DNA from: Isurus oxyrinchus
Taxonomy: Eukaryota
DNA length: 64,000 nucleotides
NCBI GenBank assembly: GCA_026770705.1
Contig: JANJGN010000010.1
Coordinates: 46,996,001 to 47,060,000, forward strand
Direction: 5' to 3'
The notes below the pieces were generated by a model. It ran no database searches. It was not told where the DNA came from and worked only from the letters and a program-made list of their open reading frames with translations. A program made the translations under genes and the position numbers. Shown one piece after another: positions 1 to 9,897 of this stretch. Every line of letters begins with the position of its first letter. Positions within the stretch are counted from its first letter, which is position 1.

Positions 1-1625
1 GGTTGCAGACCATTGAAGTGTCCTGAGAGGAAGTCCCTGGGTGTCCAGCTGATGCTCATCCTCTCTGTGGGTGCCCGAGGAGTCCCCCGACTACTGCAGG
101 AGATGGTACACCCAGAGGAAGGTCAAGGTGCCTCGTCCCTGTGTCACCTACATCCTGATGGTGCTCACCAGGGTGTGTGGCCATGGAGTGCACGGCTAAG
201 TGCAAATCCTGCAAGACTTGCTGGACCAAGGTCTCCATGGTAGTTGCCAGGCTTCCCATGGTGACCATGAGGTGCTCGCATGTTGCAGCCACAACATCAG
301 ATGGAATGCGAATGGACAGGAGTCCCATTTGCTCTCATCTGCTGGGTGACTGCTGAATCTCTGCCTGAAGTTCCACCGTCTGTCACTGCATCTCCAGCAT
401 AGATTTGGTGGCAGCTTCTAGAGCCTCAACATCTGACTCAGACCGAGCGGGTGACTGGCCTCCGAATGCTGGAGACCTGGGCTATCCCTGCCTCCAACTG
501 CTGTGGGGACGTGTCAGTGAGATGTTCCTCAGAAAGTGAGTCCGAGCCTAATCTACATCTGTGTCCCACCAACGTGTGTGCCTCTAAGCTGGTGGAGTAT
601 GTGTGTGAGTGCCGTGACGTTTCTTCTGGAGCTTTCTCCTCCGATGAGGTCCGGGGGCTCATACTGGTGGTGCTGCAATGGCTTGGGGGCCTCGATGTCC
701 TTATGCCTAGAAAATAGAAAAAGGAGTTTCAGTGAATGAGCATGAGCTAGATAAGACTGCATCTGACTCTCTGTGAATGTCAGGATTTGATGAGGTGATG
801 GAGCTGTGATCCATACTAGGTTGGTTGGAGAGGTCAATCTCCCCTTCCCCACAGAAGCAATCCCTGTCCTCACCAGCCAGCTCAGCTGTAGCCTCCTCAA
901 ATTCACTAAGGCCAAGGATGTCTGCCGTCCCTCCCCCAGTCTAAGCGCTCCTGCACCTACTGTGTGCCAGCTTGGTCTGTATGAAGAAAGAAAGGCATGT
1001 GATGAGAAGGGATGGAGCAGAGGTTGGGTAAGATGCATGTCCCTTGTGTGGGGTAAGTCCTCCCCAGAAGGGCCAGAGAATGGAGTGTGAGAACCCTGAA
1101 GAGAGTAGCAGTTTGAGTTCATGATGCCATGATGAGAGTTTGATGTTGGAGAGTGTTGAAGGATGACTTACTCTGGCGGAGCAGATGAGGTCACTTATTC
1201 TCTTCCTGCACTGGGTGGCACTTCGGGGTCGGTGTCAGTGCGCTGACCTGCTCTGCTACGGTGTCCCAGGCCTGAGAGGTGAAGCTGCTGTGTTTCCTGC
1301 AGCCATCTGTGGGGTAGAACACATGCCGTTGTTCCTGCACCCATCTGACCAAGGCCTGGAGGGCCTGGTGGGTGAAGCAGGATGCAGACTTTGTGATGAG
1401 ACTCTCGGCCTTTCTCTTATGAGTTACGGACGTCTCTGGTGGGCTGAAGAGATTGAGATTGTGTGTTGGACTGGCATTTAAATGTGGCTCCTGAACCTTC
1501 GAACCCACTAGCTGACAGCTGGCGGATGAATCAGCTCCTGCCCGCCAGGTGATTCAGAGTGAAACACAGAATCAGGCGTGAGTTCCCGCCATTATGAACA
1601 ACAGGCTGGGCGCCACCGAAACCAC
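1..1625 (-). mobile_element. PIF/Harbinger DNA transposon relic carrying the intron-containing Myb/SANT-like DNA-binding gene (decayed)
   Basis: Minus strand reads SCFTHQALQALVRWVQEQRHVFYP...QAWDTVAEQVSA, then (frameshift) TQCRKRISDLICSAR followed by a GTAAGT donor at ~1166-1171. A pyrimidine-rich acceptor (tttctattttctag) at ~707-720 precedes an S/E/P-rich tail. This is the typical Myb_DNA-bind_5 partner gene of Harbinger. Confidence 0.75.
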
Positions 1626-1629
1626 CCAC

Positions 1630-2682
1630 TACCACTTAGTTTCATTTGGAAAGATTTTGTTTGGAGAGTCAGAATAAATAGATCATTCTCAGGAAGGCAG
1701 GCTGTTACTAGTCGGGTATCGCAAGGATCAGTGCTAAGGCCACAGCTATTCACACTCAATATAAATGATTTGGATGTGGGGACCAAATGTAACATTTCCA
1801 AATTTACTGATGACACAAAATGTAAGTAATGAGGAGGATCCAAAGAAGCTTTAAGGGGACTTGGAAAGGCTAAGTGAATGGCCAAGAAAAAGGTATCTGG
1901 AATATAATGTCAATAAGTGTGAAGTTACCACTTTGGTAGAAAAAACAGAGAGGCAGAGCATTTCTTAAATGGTGAGAGGTTGGGAAGTGTTGATGTGTAA
2001 AGTGACATGGGTGTCCTTGTCATGAGTCATTAAAAGATAGCATGCAGATACAGCAAACAATTAGGAGGGCAATTGGTACTCTGGCCTTCATCACAAGGGA
2101 ATTTGCATATAGGAGTAAAGATGTCCTGCTGGAATTGTATGCAGCCTTGGTGAGACTTGGAGTATTATGTAAAGCTCTGGTTTCCTAATCTAAGGAAGGA
2201 TGTACTTGTCATAGCGGAAGTGCAATGGATGTTCATCAGACTAATCCCTGGATGGCAAGAAAGTCTTATGAGAAGAGATTGAGGAAACTGGGCCTGTATT
2301 CTCTAGAGTTTCGAATAATGAGAGGTGATCTCATTAAAACATACAAAATTCTTACAGGGTGTTACAGGGTAGATGCAGGAAGGGTGATTTTCCCTGGCTG
2401 GAGAGTCTAGAACCAGGGACACAGTCTCAGAATAAGGTGCAAGGCATTTGAGACTGAGATGAGAAGGAACTTCTTCACTCAGAGGGTGGTGAATCTTTGG
2501 AATGCTCTACCCCAGAGGGCTGTGGAAGTTCAATTACCAAGCACGTTCAAGGCAGAAATCAATAGATTCCTGGATACGAATGACATCAAAGGATATGAGG
2601 ATAGTGGGGAAAAATGGGATAGAGATAGATCATCAGCCATGATCTTCTCGACAGGCTAAATAGCCTACTCCTGCTCCTATGT
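1630..2682 (+). mobile_element. CR1 LINE, 5'-truncated (RT C-terminus and 3' UTR)
   Basis: VSQGSVLRPQLFTLNINDLD...ISKFTDDTK; MRRNFFTQRVVNLWNALPQRAVE; CR1 3' end ggctaaatagcctactcctgctcctat. Confidence 0.9.
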
Positions 2683-3115
2683 AAAGCAAAAAGAAATTAA
2701 AGAAATTTGTGAACTGTCTAAAAAGGAGTATCAAACTTTCTTGGCTGGATATCATAACAAACTTAATGAAGATTTAAAGCAGCAAGAGAATTTTACTCGA
2801 TAGGAAAATGAACTGCTTGCACAAAAGAAGACAGTGGTAAACCTGTATCTCCTGGAAAAGAAAACTGAAGGCTTAAGTCATGGAAAAGAATTTAAAGATA
2901 AAGGTGATACTGAATTTAAATAGGGTGAGGTGAATCCAATTGTTATGAGGATAATTCAGAAGTTTGGCTGGTTGGAACCTTCTTCACAGACTTGGACTTT
3001 AAAAAATATGCTAACATTGAAGAAAATGGAAATCAGGAAGTAAAAACTGAACAGAATGGTTTAGCGTCTGATTTGAAAGGTCAAAACCCTGATGGCAATT
3101 AAGTATCTGACTTAA

Positions 3116-3343
3116 AAAAAGGAACTAAGGAAATTGTTGAATCCAAAGAGTAAGAAGCAATATGACAGGGGGTTTCTCCTTAAGTTACAGTACATAGCTG
3201 CTATTTCCCAGAAACCAGATGGTTTGTCAGCAGTCAGCAAAATTGTTCTTGACAAAGTTAACCAGACCAAACAAATTGTGAAAACAGTGCACAATCAAAT
3301 ACAGATTTTAAAAAATCAATTAAAAATTTATAAAGCAACATGA
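3116..3343 (+). pseudogene. Captured fragment of eIF4G (eIF4E-binding region) embedded in a decayed ORF
   Basis: KKELRKLLNPKSKKQYDRGFLLKLQYIAAISQKPDGLSAVSKIVLDKVNQTK aligns without gaps to the remembered eIF4G1/eIF4G3 4E-binding region. YxxxxLPhi motif at 3161-3181. No polypyrimidine acceptor upstream. Confidence 0.75.
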
Positions 3344-3523
3344 AGAATGCAGAACCATGATCCAATTTCTTGCTTCAAAGATTGTAAAAGTTGTACAGGT
3401 TATGCAAAATTAAAAAGAGATCTTTTTGCAGTGACTGAAAGAAAGTGAATCAACCAGTAGTAGAAGAAAATCTTGTTTGCAACACATTGGGAAGTCTAGA
3501 AACTCATGCAAACTGGACTTTAA

Positions 3524-3640
3524 GGGCTGAATTTTTTGCTGGCGGGATTTTATGGTCCCGCCAAAATCAATGGTGTTTAGAATGGCTCACTGCATTTTAT
3601 GGCCCCGTCCCTGCCGCGATGGAATTGTAAAGTTCCAGCC
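3524..3640. mobile_element. Harbinger-type MITE
   Basis: Imperfect TIRs gggctgaattt / aagttccagcc; TAA target-site duplication at 3521-3523 and 3641-3643. Confidence 0.75.
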
Positions 3641-3724
3641 TAAATCTTAATTGTTATGGGTTAAGGCTTATAATGTTGCTAAGACATAATGTTTCATGGT
3701 GACATGTAACAAAAGGTGAAAGAA

Positions 3725-5609
3725 TATTACCTATACTATATGTATTAGGTTAGTTGTCAAAATGTTTACAATGTTGAATTACGATTTTGTTATGGAAAAA
3801 TACAGTTAGTACTGTAAATGCTTTTTTATTTTGGAGTAAGGTGTTACAAACACTGTACTTTACAAGACAGTGATGTTTTAAAATATCTCTTTTAACTTAA
3901 GGTAAAACTGACTGTTCTGAATAGAGGGGATGGTGCCCAGGCTCATGTGATCTGGCCGTCACAGGGCAAGAAACCCAAACTGAAAACTCTTGAAAATCAA
4001 ATGGCAGTTTTCACACCTTGGCATAGAGAAGGGTCAGCTGCTTTTGGAGACAGACACAGATACACAGATACCAAGAGAGTGAGTGAGAGAAGCACAATGC
4101 AGCTACTGCTGTGAAGAGCAAGGAAAAACCATTTGTGTGTTAGCAGCCAAGGGAGATGCTGATGAAAGCTGGTTCTCTGTTTGAAAAACAGAAGGTGGAA
4201 TAAGCCAGACTTTTGGAGACTTAAGAAACAAGGGAGTGAATTCTCCAGTCTGCCACCGGTGTAGTTGAAGGTGTATTTGAAGCTTGGAAAATAAAACTGG
4301 TGGCCTACCCGCCACCTTCCTGCCCACTCCCAACCTGTTAAGTAACCTTTGATGATGTCAACGATAGTTTTTTTTAATATTCATTCATGGGAATGTGGGC
4401 ATCACTGGCTAGGCCAGCATTTATGCCCATCCCTAACTGCTCTTGAGTAGGTGGCGGTGAGCTACCTTCTTGAACCACTGCAGCCCATGTAGCATAGGTA
4501 CACCCATAGTGCTGTTAGGAAGGTAGCTCCAGCATTTTCACCTTGCGGCAGTGAAGGAGCAGTGATACAGTTCCAAGTCAAGATAATGTGTGGCCTGGAG
4601 AACTTGTAGGTGGTGGGTGCTGTGAAGAGCAAGGAAAAACCATTTCTGTGTTGGCAGCCAAGGGAGATGCTGATGAGAGCTGGTTCTCTGTTTGAAAAAC
4701 AGAAGATGGAATAAGCCAGACTTTTGGAGACTTAAGAAACAAGGGAGTGAATTCTCCAGTCTGCCATCGGTGTATTTGAAGGTGGGGGCTTGTAAAATAA
4801 AACAGGTGGCCTACCCACCGCATTTCTGCCCACTCCTGACCTGTCTCCAATATTATGATGGGCAGGTAAAGCATCAGGCAGCCTGCCTGCCCTTAGGCCT
4901 ATTGAGGCCACTTAAGGGCCTTATTCCACTTCCTCCACTGTAATACATGCAGCAGGAGAAGGTGGGCTGTTTTCACTACGCAGGCTGTTTACAGGCAAGA
5001 ATGGGGGGTACCTTCTTTGGAGGATCTGCTGTGTCCATCAGAGGCATCCCCCAAGATTGTACTCCCCTTTATCCCTCCCACCCTGGTCTCTACAACATGC
5101 CCCCCCGCCCCAACCATCCGCCCTCCGCCCCCCGACTTTGCTGGGGTCTGGCAAGCCTGTCCAATATACCTGGATTATCCAGAGTCCAGGATACATCGTT
5201 CTTCTTCTCCGGAGACTGCTTGTAATCCCAGCAGTGGTCAATCGGACTGGACTTTTCAGTTGGGAAGGTTGGATAATTCATCCCCCACCACCCCCTCCCC
5301 AATACCCCGGTAAAATCAAGCCCAAGGAGTTGCCAGGGTGAAATTTGCTGGTGAAAGTTGGTTCTCAAATGCTCAGGCTGAGTGGAGTAATTTCCAAAGG
5401 ACAGTGGAGGATTCAACCTGATGTGCAGGGAGAAGTGAGCTTGCTGGGCAGATGGGAATAACATGGAACTTGTTCTTATAATTCTACCCCTCTGCCAGAA
5501 CTGTAGTGCACAGCGAAAGAAGTTCTAAGAATTATCTCAATTGGGTTAGTTGGATAATGCGAAAATGCCCTTCCTTTAGTTCGATGTATTAGTTGCCTGT
5601 TAAGTAACA
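3725..5609 (+). mobile_element. Probable LTR, interrupted by a MITE and a local duplication
   Basis: Follows a PPT-like tract, begins tattacc (decayed TG start) and ends ...gtaaca at 5609; non-coding throughout. Confidence 0.4.
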
Positions 5610-5880
5610 TTTGATGATGTCATGATAGTTTTTTTTAATATTCATTCATGGGGATGTAGGCATCGCTGTCTAGGCCAGCATTTATGCCCATCCCTAGCTA
5701 CTCTTGAAAAGGTGGTGGTGAGCTACCTACTTGAACCACTGCAGCCCATGTAGCATAGGTACACCCATAGTGCAGTTAGGAAGGTAGCTCCAACATTTTG
5801 ACCTTGTGGCAGTGAAGGAGTGGTGATATAGTTCCAAGTCAAGATAATGTGTGGCCTGGAGAACTTGCAGGTGGTGGGTG
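4107..5880. repeat. Local direct duplication, A-B-A'-X-B' (A ~4107-4338 / 4618-4844; B ~4334-4619 / 5596-5880)
   Basis: Two pairs of highly similar but non-identical segments are directly visible. Confidence 0.85.
4744..5323. mobile_element. Harbinger-type non-autonomous element (MITE)
   Basis: Ends ggagtgaattct / gtaaaatcaagccc flanked by aag on both sides; internal ttgaggccacttaagggcc motif shared with other MITEs in the window. Confidence 0.6.
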
Positions 5881-6030
5881 TTCCCATACATCTGCTTCCC
5901 TTGTCCTTTTAGATGGTAGAGGTTGCAGGTTTGGACAGTGCTGTTGAAGGAGCCTTGGTGAGTCACTGCAGTGCATCTTTTAGTTGGTATACACCGCAGC
6001 CACTATGTGTTGATGGTGGAAGGAATGAAT
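5630..6030 (-). mobile_element. CR1-superfamily LINE 3' fragment (family with ATTC/GAAT tail; 'family B' here)
   Basis: attcattcatggggatgtaggcatcgctg...gcatttatgcccatccct...cttgaaccactgcag terminus, which recurs at 4370, 14670, 48860 and 50490. Confidence 0.8.
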
Positions 6031-6296
6031 TGTTACAGTAAAAGGCTTAAAATGTAAAATCTTGTCCTTTGGTAATTTCCATCACTCGCTGGAAAATCCA
6101 TCTCTTTTTAAATGTCACGGGACTCTACAGGGCTCGTAACACTATCCTACTAAAGACACAGGGTTAGCTCTTTGCAATTGGGTTCTTCTGTGTTCACACA
6201 TGTAAATAGATAAAACCTGTTTCGTGTTGGCAGGAATTGGACAAAGTGCTCTAGACAGGTTGGAAATCTGACGCAAAAATTGTTTATTATTTGGAT

Positions 6297-7290
6297 AAAA
6301 GCAAAATACTGCGGATGCTGGAAATCTGAAACAAAAACAGGAAATGTTGGAAAAACTCAGCAAGTCTAACAGCATCTATGGAGAGAAAGACAGTTAACAT
6401 TGAGTCCATATGACTTTTCTTTAGAGCTAAAGAGAATAAAAATGTGATGAAATTTATACTGTTTAAGTGGGGTGGAGCAGGTGAAGCTGGATAGAAGATC
6501 AGCGATAGATGGAGGCAAAGGAGAGATTGACAAAGGATGTCATGAACAAATGAATAAAAATGTGGCTGAACGCTTTGTGGAACAACTTAAGTCTGTCCAC
6601 AAGCATGACCTTCCTGTCGCCAGCCATTTCAACACACCATCCTGCTCTTATGCCCACATGTCCATCCTTGGCCTGCTACAATGTTCCAGTTAAGCCCAAC
6701 GCTAACTGGAGAAATAGCACCTCATCTGTCGATTAGGCACTTTACAGCTTTCCGGACTTGACAATGAGTTCAACAACTTCAGACCATGAACCCTCTCCTG
6801 CATCCTCACCCTTCTTTTATCCCCTTTTTTCAATATTCATTTTTTTAATTCACATTTTTATTCATTGTTTTATCCCACCTTTTAGCCTATTTTCGATCTT
6901 TTTTCCCCACCGCCATCCCCGTTGGGGCCATCTGTCACTTGTTCATGTTGTTCTTTCCAGAGTGCTTACCCTTGTCCTGCTATTATCATGTTCTGTTTTC
7001 TGACCTTAATGCCACCATCAGCACCTCCTTTAGCTAGTACCACTATCATTAACATCCCATTTGTCCTTTTGTTCATGATATTTTTGTAAATCTCTCCTTG
7101 CCTCCACCTACTGCTGACCTTCTATCCAGCTTCTCCTGCTCCACCTCCCTTAAACAGGATAAATTTAATCACATTTTTACTTCTCTTTAGCTCTGAAGAA
7201 GAGTCATATGGACTTGAAACATTAACTCTGTCTTTCTCCCCACAGATGGTGTTAGACCTGCTGAGTTTTTCCAGATTTTCTGTTTTTGTT
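6297..7290 (+). mobile_element. Penelope-like element fragment (GIY-YIG C-terminus) with inverted pLTR
   Basis: RFVEQLKSVHKHDLPVASHFN...HLICRLGTLQ...NEFNNFR at ~6570-6785; 6300-6545 is an inverted copy of ~7055-7290. Confidence 0.85.
7189..7227 (+). ncRNA. Minimal hammerhead ribozyme motif in Penelope pLTR
   Basis: CTGAAGA-AGAGTC-ATAT-GGACTT-GAAAC core with a short stem II. Confidence 0.55.
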
Positions 7291-7306
7291 TGTTATTTGC
7301 ACTTAC

Positions 7307-7365
7307 TGAGTTTATCAGCTGCATATCTCCCATTGCTCCATATTCATAGCAACCTCCAGCAGGGC
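7307..7365 (-). other. Candidate 59-nt exon of an unidentified minus-strand gene
   Basis: Acceptor ttctctgtAG and donor GTAAGT in non-repetitive DNA; one open frame, PAGGCYEYGAMGDMQLINS. Confidence 0.3.
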
Positions 7366-8743
7366 CTACAGAGAATAGGACCATAATATAATTGAGGGAG
7401 ATTGGCTCCTCTCCGACAGACATATATAAATAAAGAGCTGTAATATAAAACACCAGTAAGATAAACCATTTTGTTTTCCTTCTCAGCAGATAGCATGACC
7501 AAAGATAGCATCTTGCACCTACAACTCTGACCACAAAACCACCTTTGTCTGGAAGTTAGAAGTGGCAAATAAACATGTCCCCTACAGGACTGAAGTACTT
7601 CTGTTCAGCAGTGGAAGGATGCACAGTTATCTTTTACCCAGATATTAAAGATTTTAAAATATATACCCATGAGAGTTACAGCACAATTATTTTAATCTGC
7701 TTCCCTAAAAAAAAAGGTTGTTTACAGTAGTTTTGTACCAGAAACTTTAAGAATGGGTGGGGAAACTCCTTAGAAGTGCCTGATGCTGAAACCACTTCAG
7801 AGAGAAGCAAGGCCACACCTGCCAATCAACACAGCGACATTTTTTGCTGCCTCTTCCGCCCTCTCTATTGTTAAAAGCACATTGAGGAGGTGGTTTTAGC
7901 AGCAGCGCAGCAGGCCTGAAAAGCAGATCAGCAGAGCATTTGAAGTGAGACTACAACATAAGAGTGAGCTATTTATTAGATTGAGTTGTCACATTTCTAT
8001 ATGGCATCTAGTGGCAGGAATCTAACACTGCCTTCCATGGACAAGATTCACCTTTTGAACTGTAACTCAAAATTTTTACAAAATTTTAGGTAACTGAGAA
8101 TTCTAACAGGTCTTGGTGCAATACAACTTCTATACTGTAACTGAGCTTACTCATGTAAAATAAGAGTAAAAAAAGTTGCAAAGATGTTATGTCCAGTTAT
8201 CAAGGGCCAAGTTTTAAGATAACGGAGCAAGAAAAGTGGCACGGCTGGTCTTTACTATGGCAATGGAAGCACTGGAGGACAGCACATCATATCCTTTAAT
8301 TAACTTTCTGACTTGCCACAAACAATATGAACTTTTTGTTCGTGCAAAGAAGCAATTAGTTATTTTGTATGATTGCACGCTGAATGGGATTAGTAGGATG
8401 TAACTGATTTGCCAAACCTGCTTGACAAACTCTACAAACTCTTATGTTTGTCATGTAGTAAGATTTCTGAGCTGAGTAATGTAACTTTGAGCAAAAGGTC
8501 TCGGAAACTCTGGTTTCTGAGCAGATCTAAAAGGTAACAAATCACATGATCTACCTGTAATCTATTTTCCTCATGAAAGTTTATTTTTATAGTTTTTCTT
8601 ACTGTCATATTGATTGAAACTCTTCCTTCCATGGAATTACATAGAATTAAAAGAGTACACAGCAAAGAAGGAGGTCTTTCAGCCCACCTAGCTTATGCGG
8701 GTGTTTATATTCCAGACAAATATCCTCCCATTCCATTTACCTT

Positions 8744-9490
8744 GGGCTGCATTTCATTTTCCCCTGCCGGGCATCTTCTCGATGGGTGGGGAGAGGGAAA
8801 ATAGGGCAGATGTCCACCCCACTACCTTCCCACCCACCCCCAAGCTCACCTCCATAATACATGGGGTGGGCGGGTGCCAAAGTCAGCAGCCCAACCGTCA
8901 TATCTAAATAGATAATCAAGGGCCAATTAGGCTTGTTACCAGTCTTAGGCTCTGATAATACACTGCCCATGCAATAAAACATTTGGCATGGGCAGTCGGG
9001 TGGGAATGGGCAGGCCACTTTTAAAAATAATTTCTTCAAAGAGTGTGAAGGAAGTGAGGGGTTCTATCTTGGGGGGCTGCCCTTTCCTGATCGGGGGACA
9101 GGCCCCCTAAGATAGAGTTCCCCTTTCTTCCTACCCGCCCGTAGCCTTAAACCCCACCCCCCCCCAACCGATCTGCCCAAACCCTCCCTGTCTGGAATAT
9201 AACTGTGGAATCCATTGAACATCCTCCCTCCTCCTCTTGCAGTCCAGCAGCGCTCACTAATGCACTCTTAGCACTGCCAGCCAATCCAATTGGCCGGCAG
9301 TTCCAGGGGGCAGGACTTCCTCCCCAGTGAGGTGCAGAAGTCCCACCCGGCCTTTGCTTAGCCCAACCACAGCACGTTATGGCTGCAGAGCAAGCTGGCA
9401 TGGAGCAGGCTGGCTCCACTCCAACTTTGCTTCTGGAGATGGCGGGGGAGCAGTAGGGCGAGACGTCTGACTCCCCAGAATATTCAGCCC
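8744..9490. mobile_element. Harbinger-type MITE inserted in a CR1 3' fragment
   Basis: TIR-like ends gggctgcattt / aatattcagccc. Confidence 0.65.
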
Positions 9491-9614
9491 CTCATCTCAA
9501 TCTTCCACCACATCTTTATTCTCTTTTCTCTCATGTGCTAGTCTAGTTTCCTTTTGAAAGCATCTTAGATAATTGCCTCAACCATTTCCTGTTTATTTGG
9601 TTCCAACCACTATC

Positions 9615-9785
9615 CGTGTTGAGGCATTCAAGAGGGCTTTAGATGATTATTTGAAAAGAAACAATGTGCAGGGGTACGGGGAAAAGGCAGGGCAATGCAC
9701 TAGGTCATAATGCTTATTTGGAAAGTTGGTGCAGGCACGATGGGCTGAATGGCCTCCTTCTGTGCTGTTAAAATTCTGTGATTTC
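9615..9785 (+). mobile_element. CR1 3' end fragment
   Basis: Near-identical to the CR1 tail at 24245-24405 (gggctgaatggcctccttctgtgctg...aaattctgtga). Confidence 0.8.
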
Positions 9786-9897
9786 TCCTTATTTCCCTGT
9801 TGGATTTAGTAACAATTTTGTATTATGATTCCTAGCTTTGAATTCTTTCCAATTCTATCCTGTCCAATGCATTTATAATTTTAAATCCTCTATCAAT

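Larger units (their letters stand above)
2690..3725 (+). mobile_element. Probable 3' internal region of an LTR retroelement with a decayed K/E/L-rich ORF
   Basis: A-rich strand with a long interrupted reading frame (EIKEICELSKKEYQTFLAGYHNKLNEDLKQQENF...). It ends in a purine tract (aaaaggtgaaagaa, ~3711-3724) just before an LTR-like segment. Confidence 0.45.

Noticed and set aside
3134-3343. Genuine EIF4G1/EIF4G3 exon
   Set aside because: No polypyrimidine acceptor, only a weak GTTAAC after LDK, more divergent than expected for an orthologue, and no other eIF4G exons in 64 kb.
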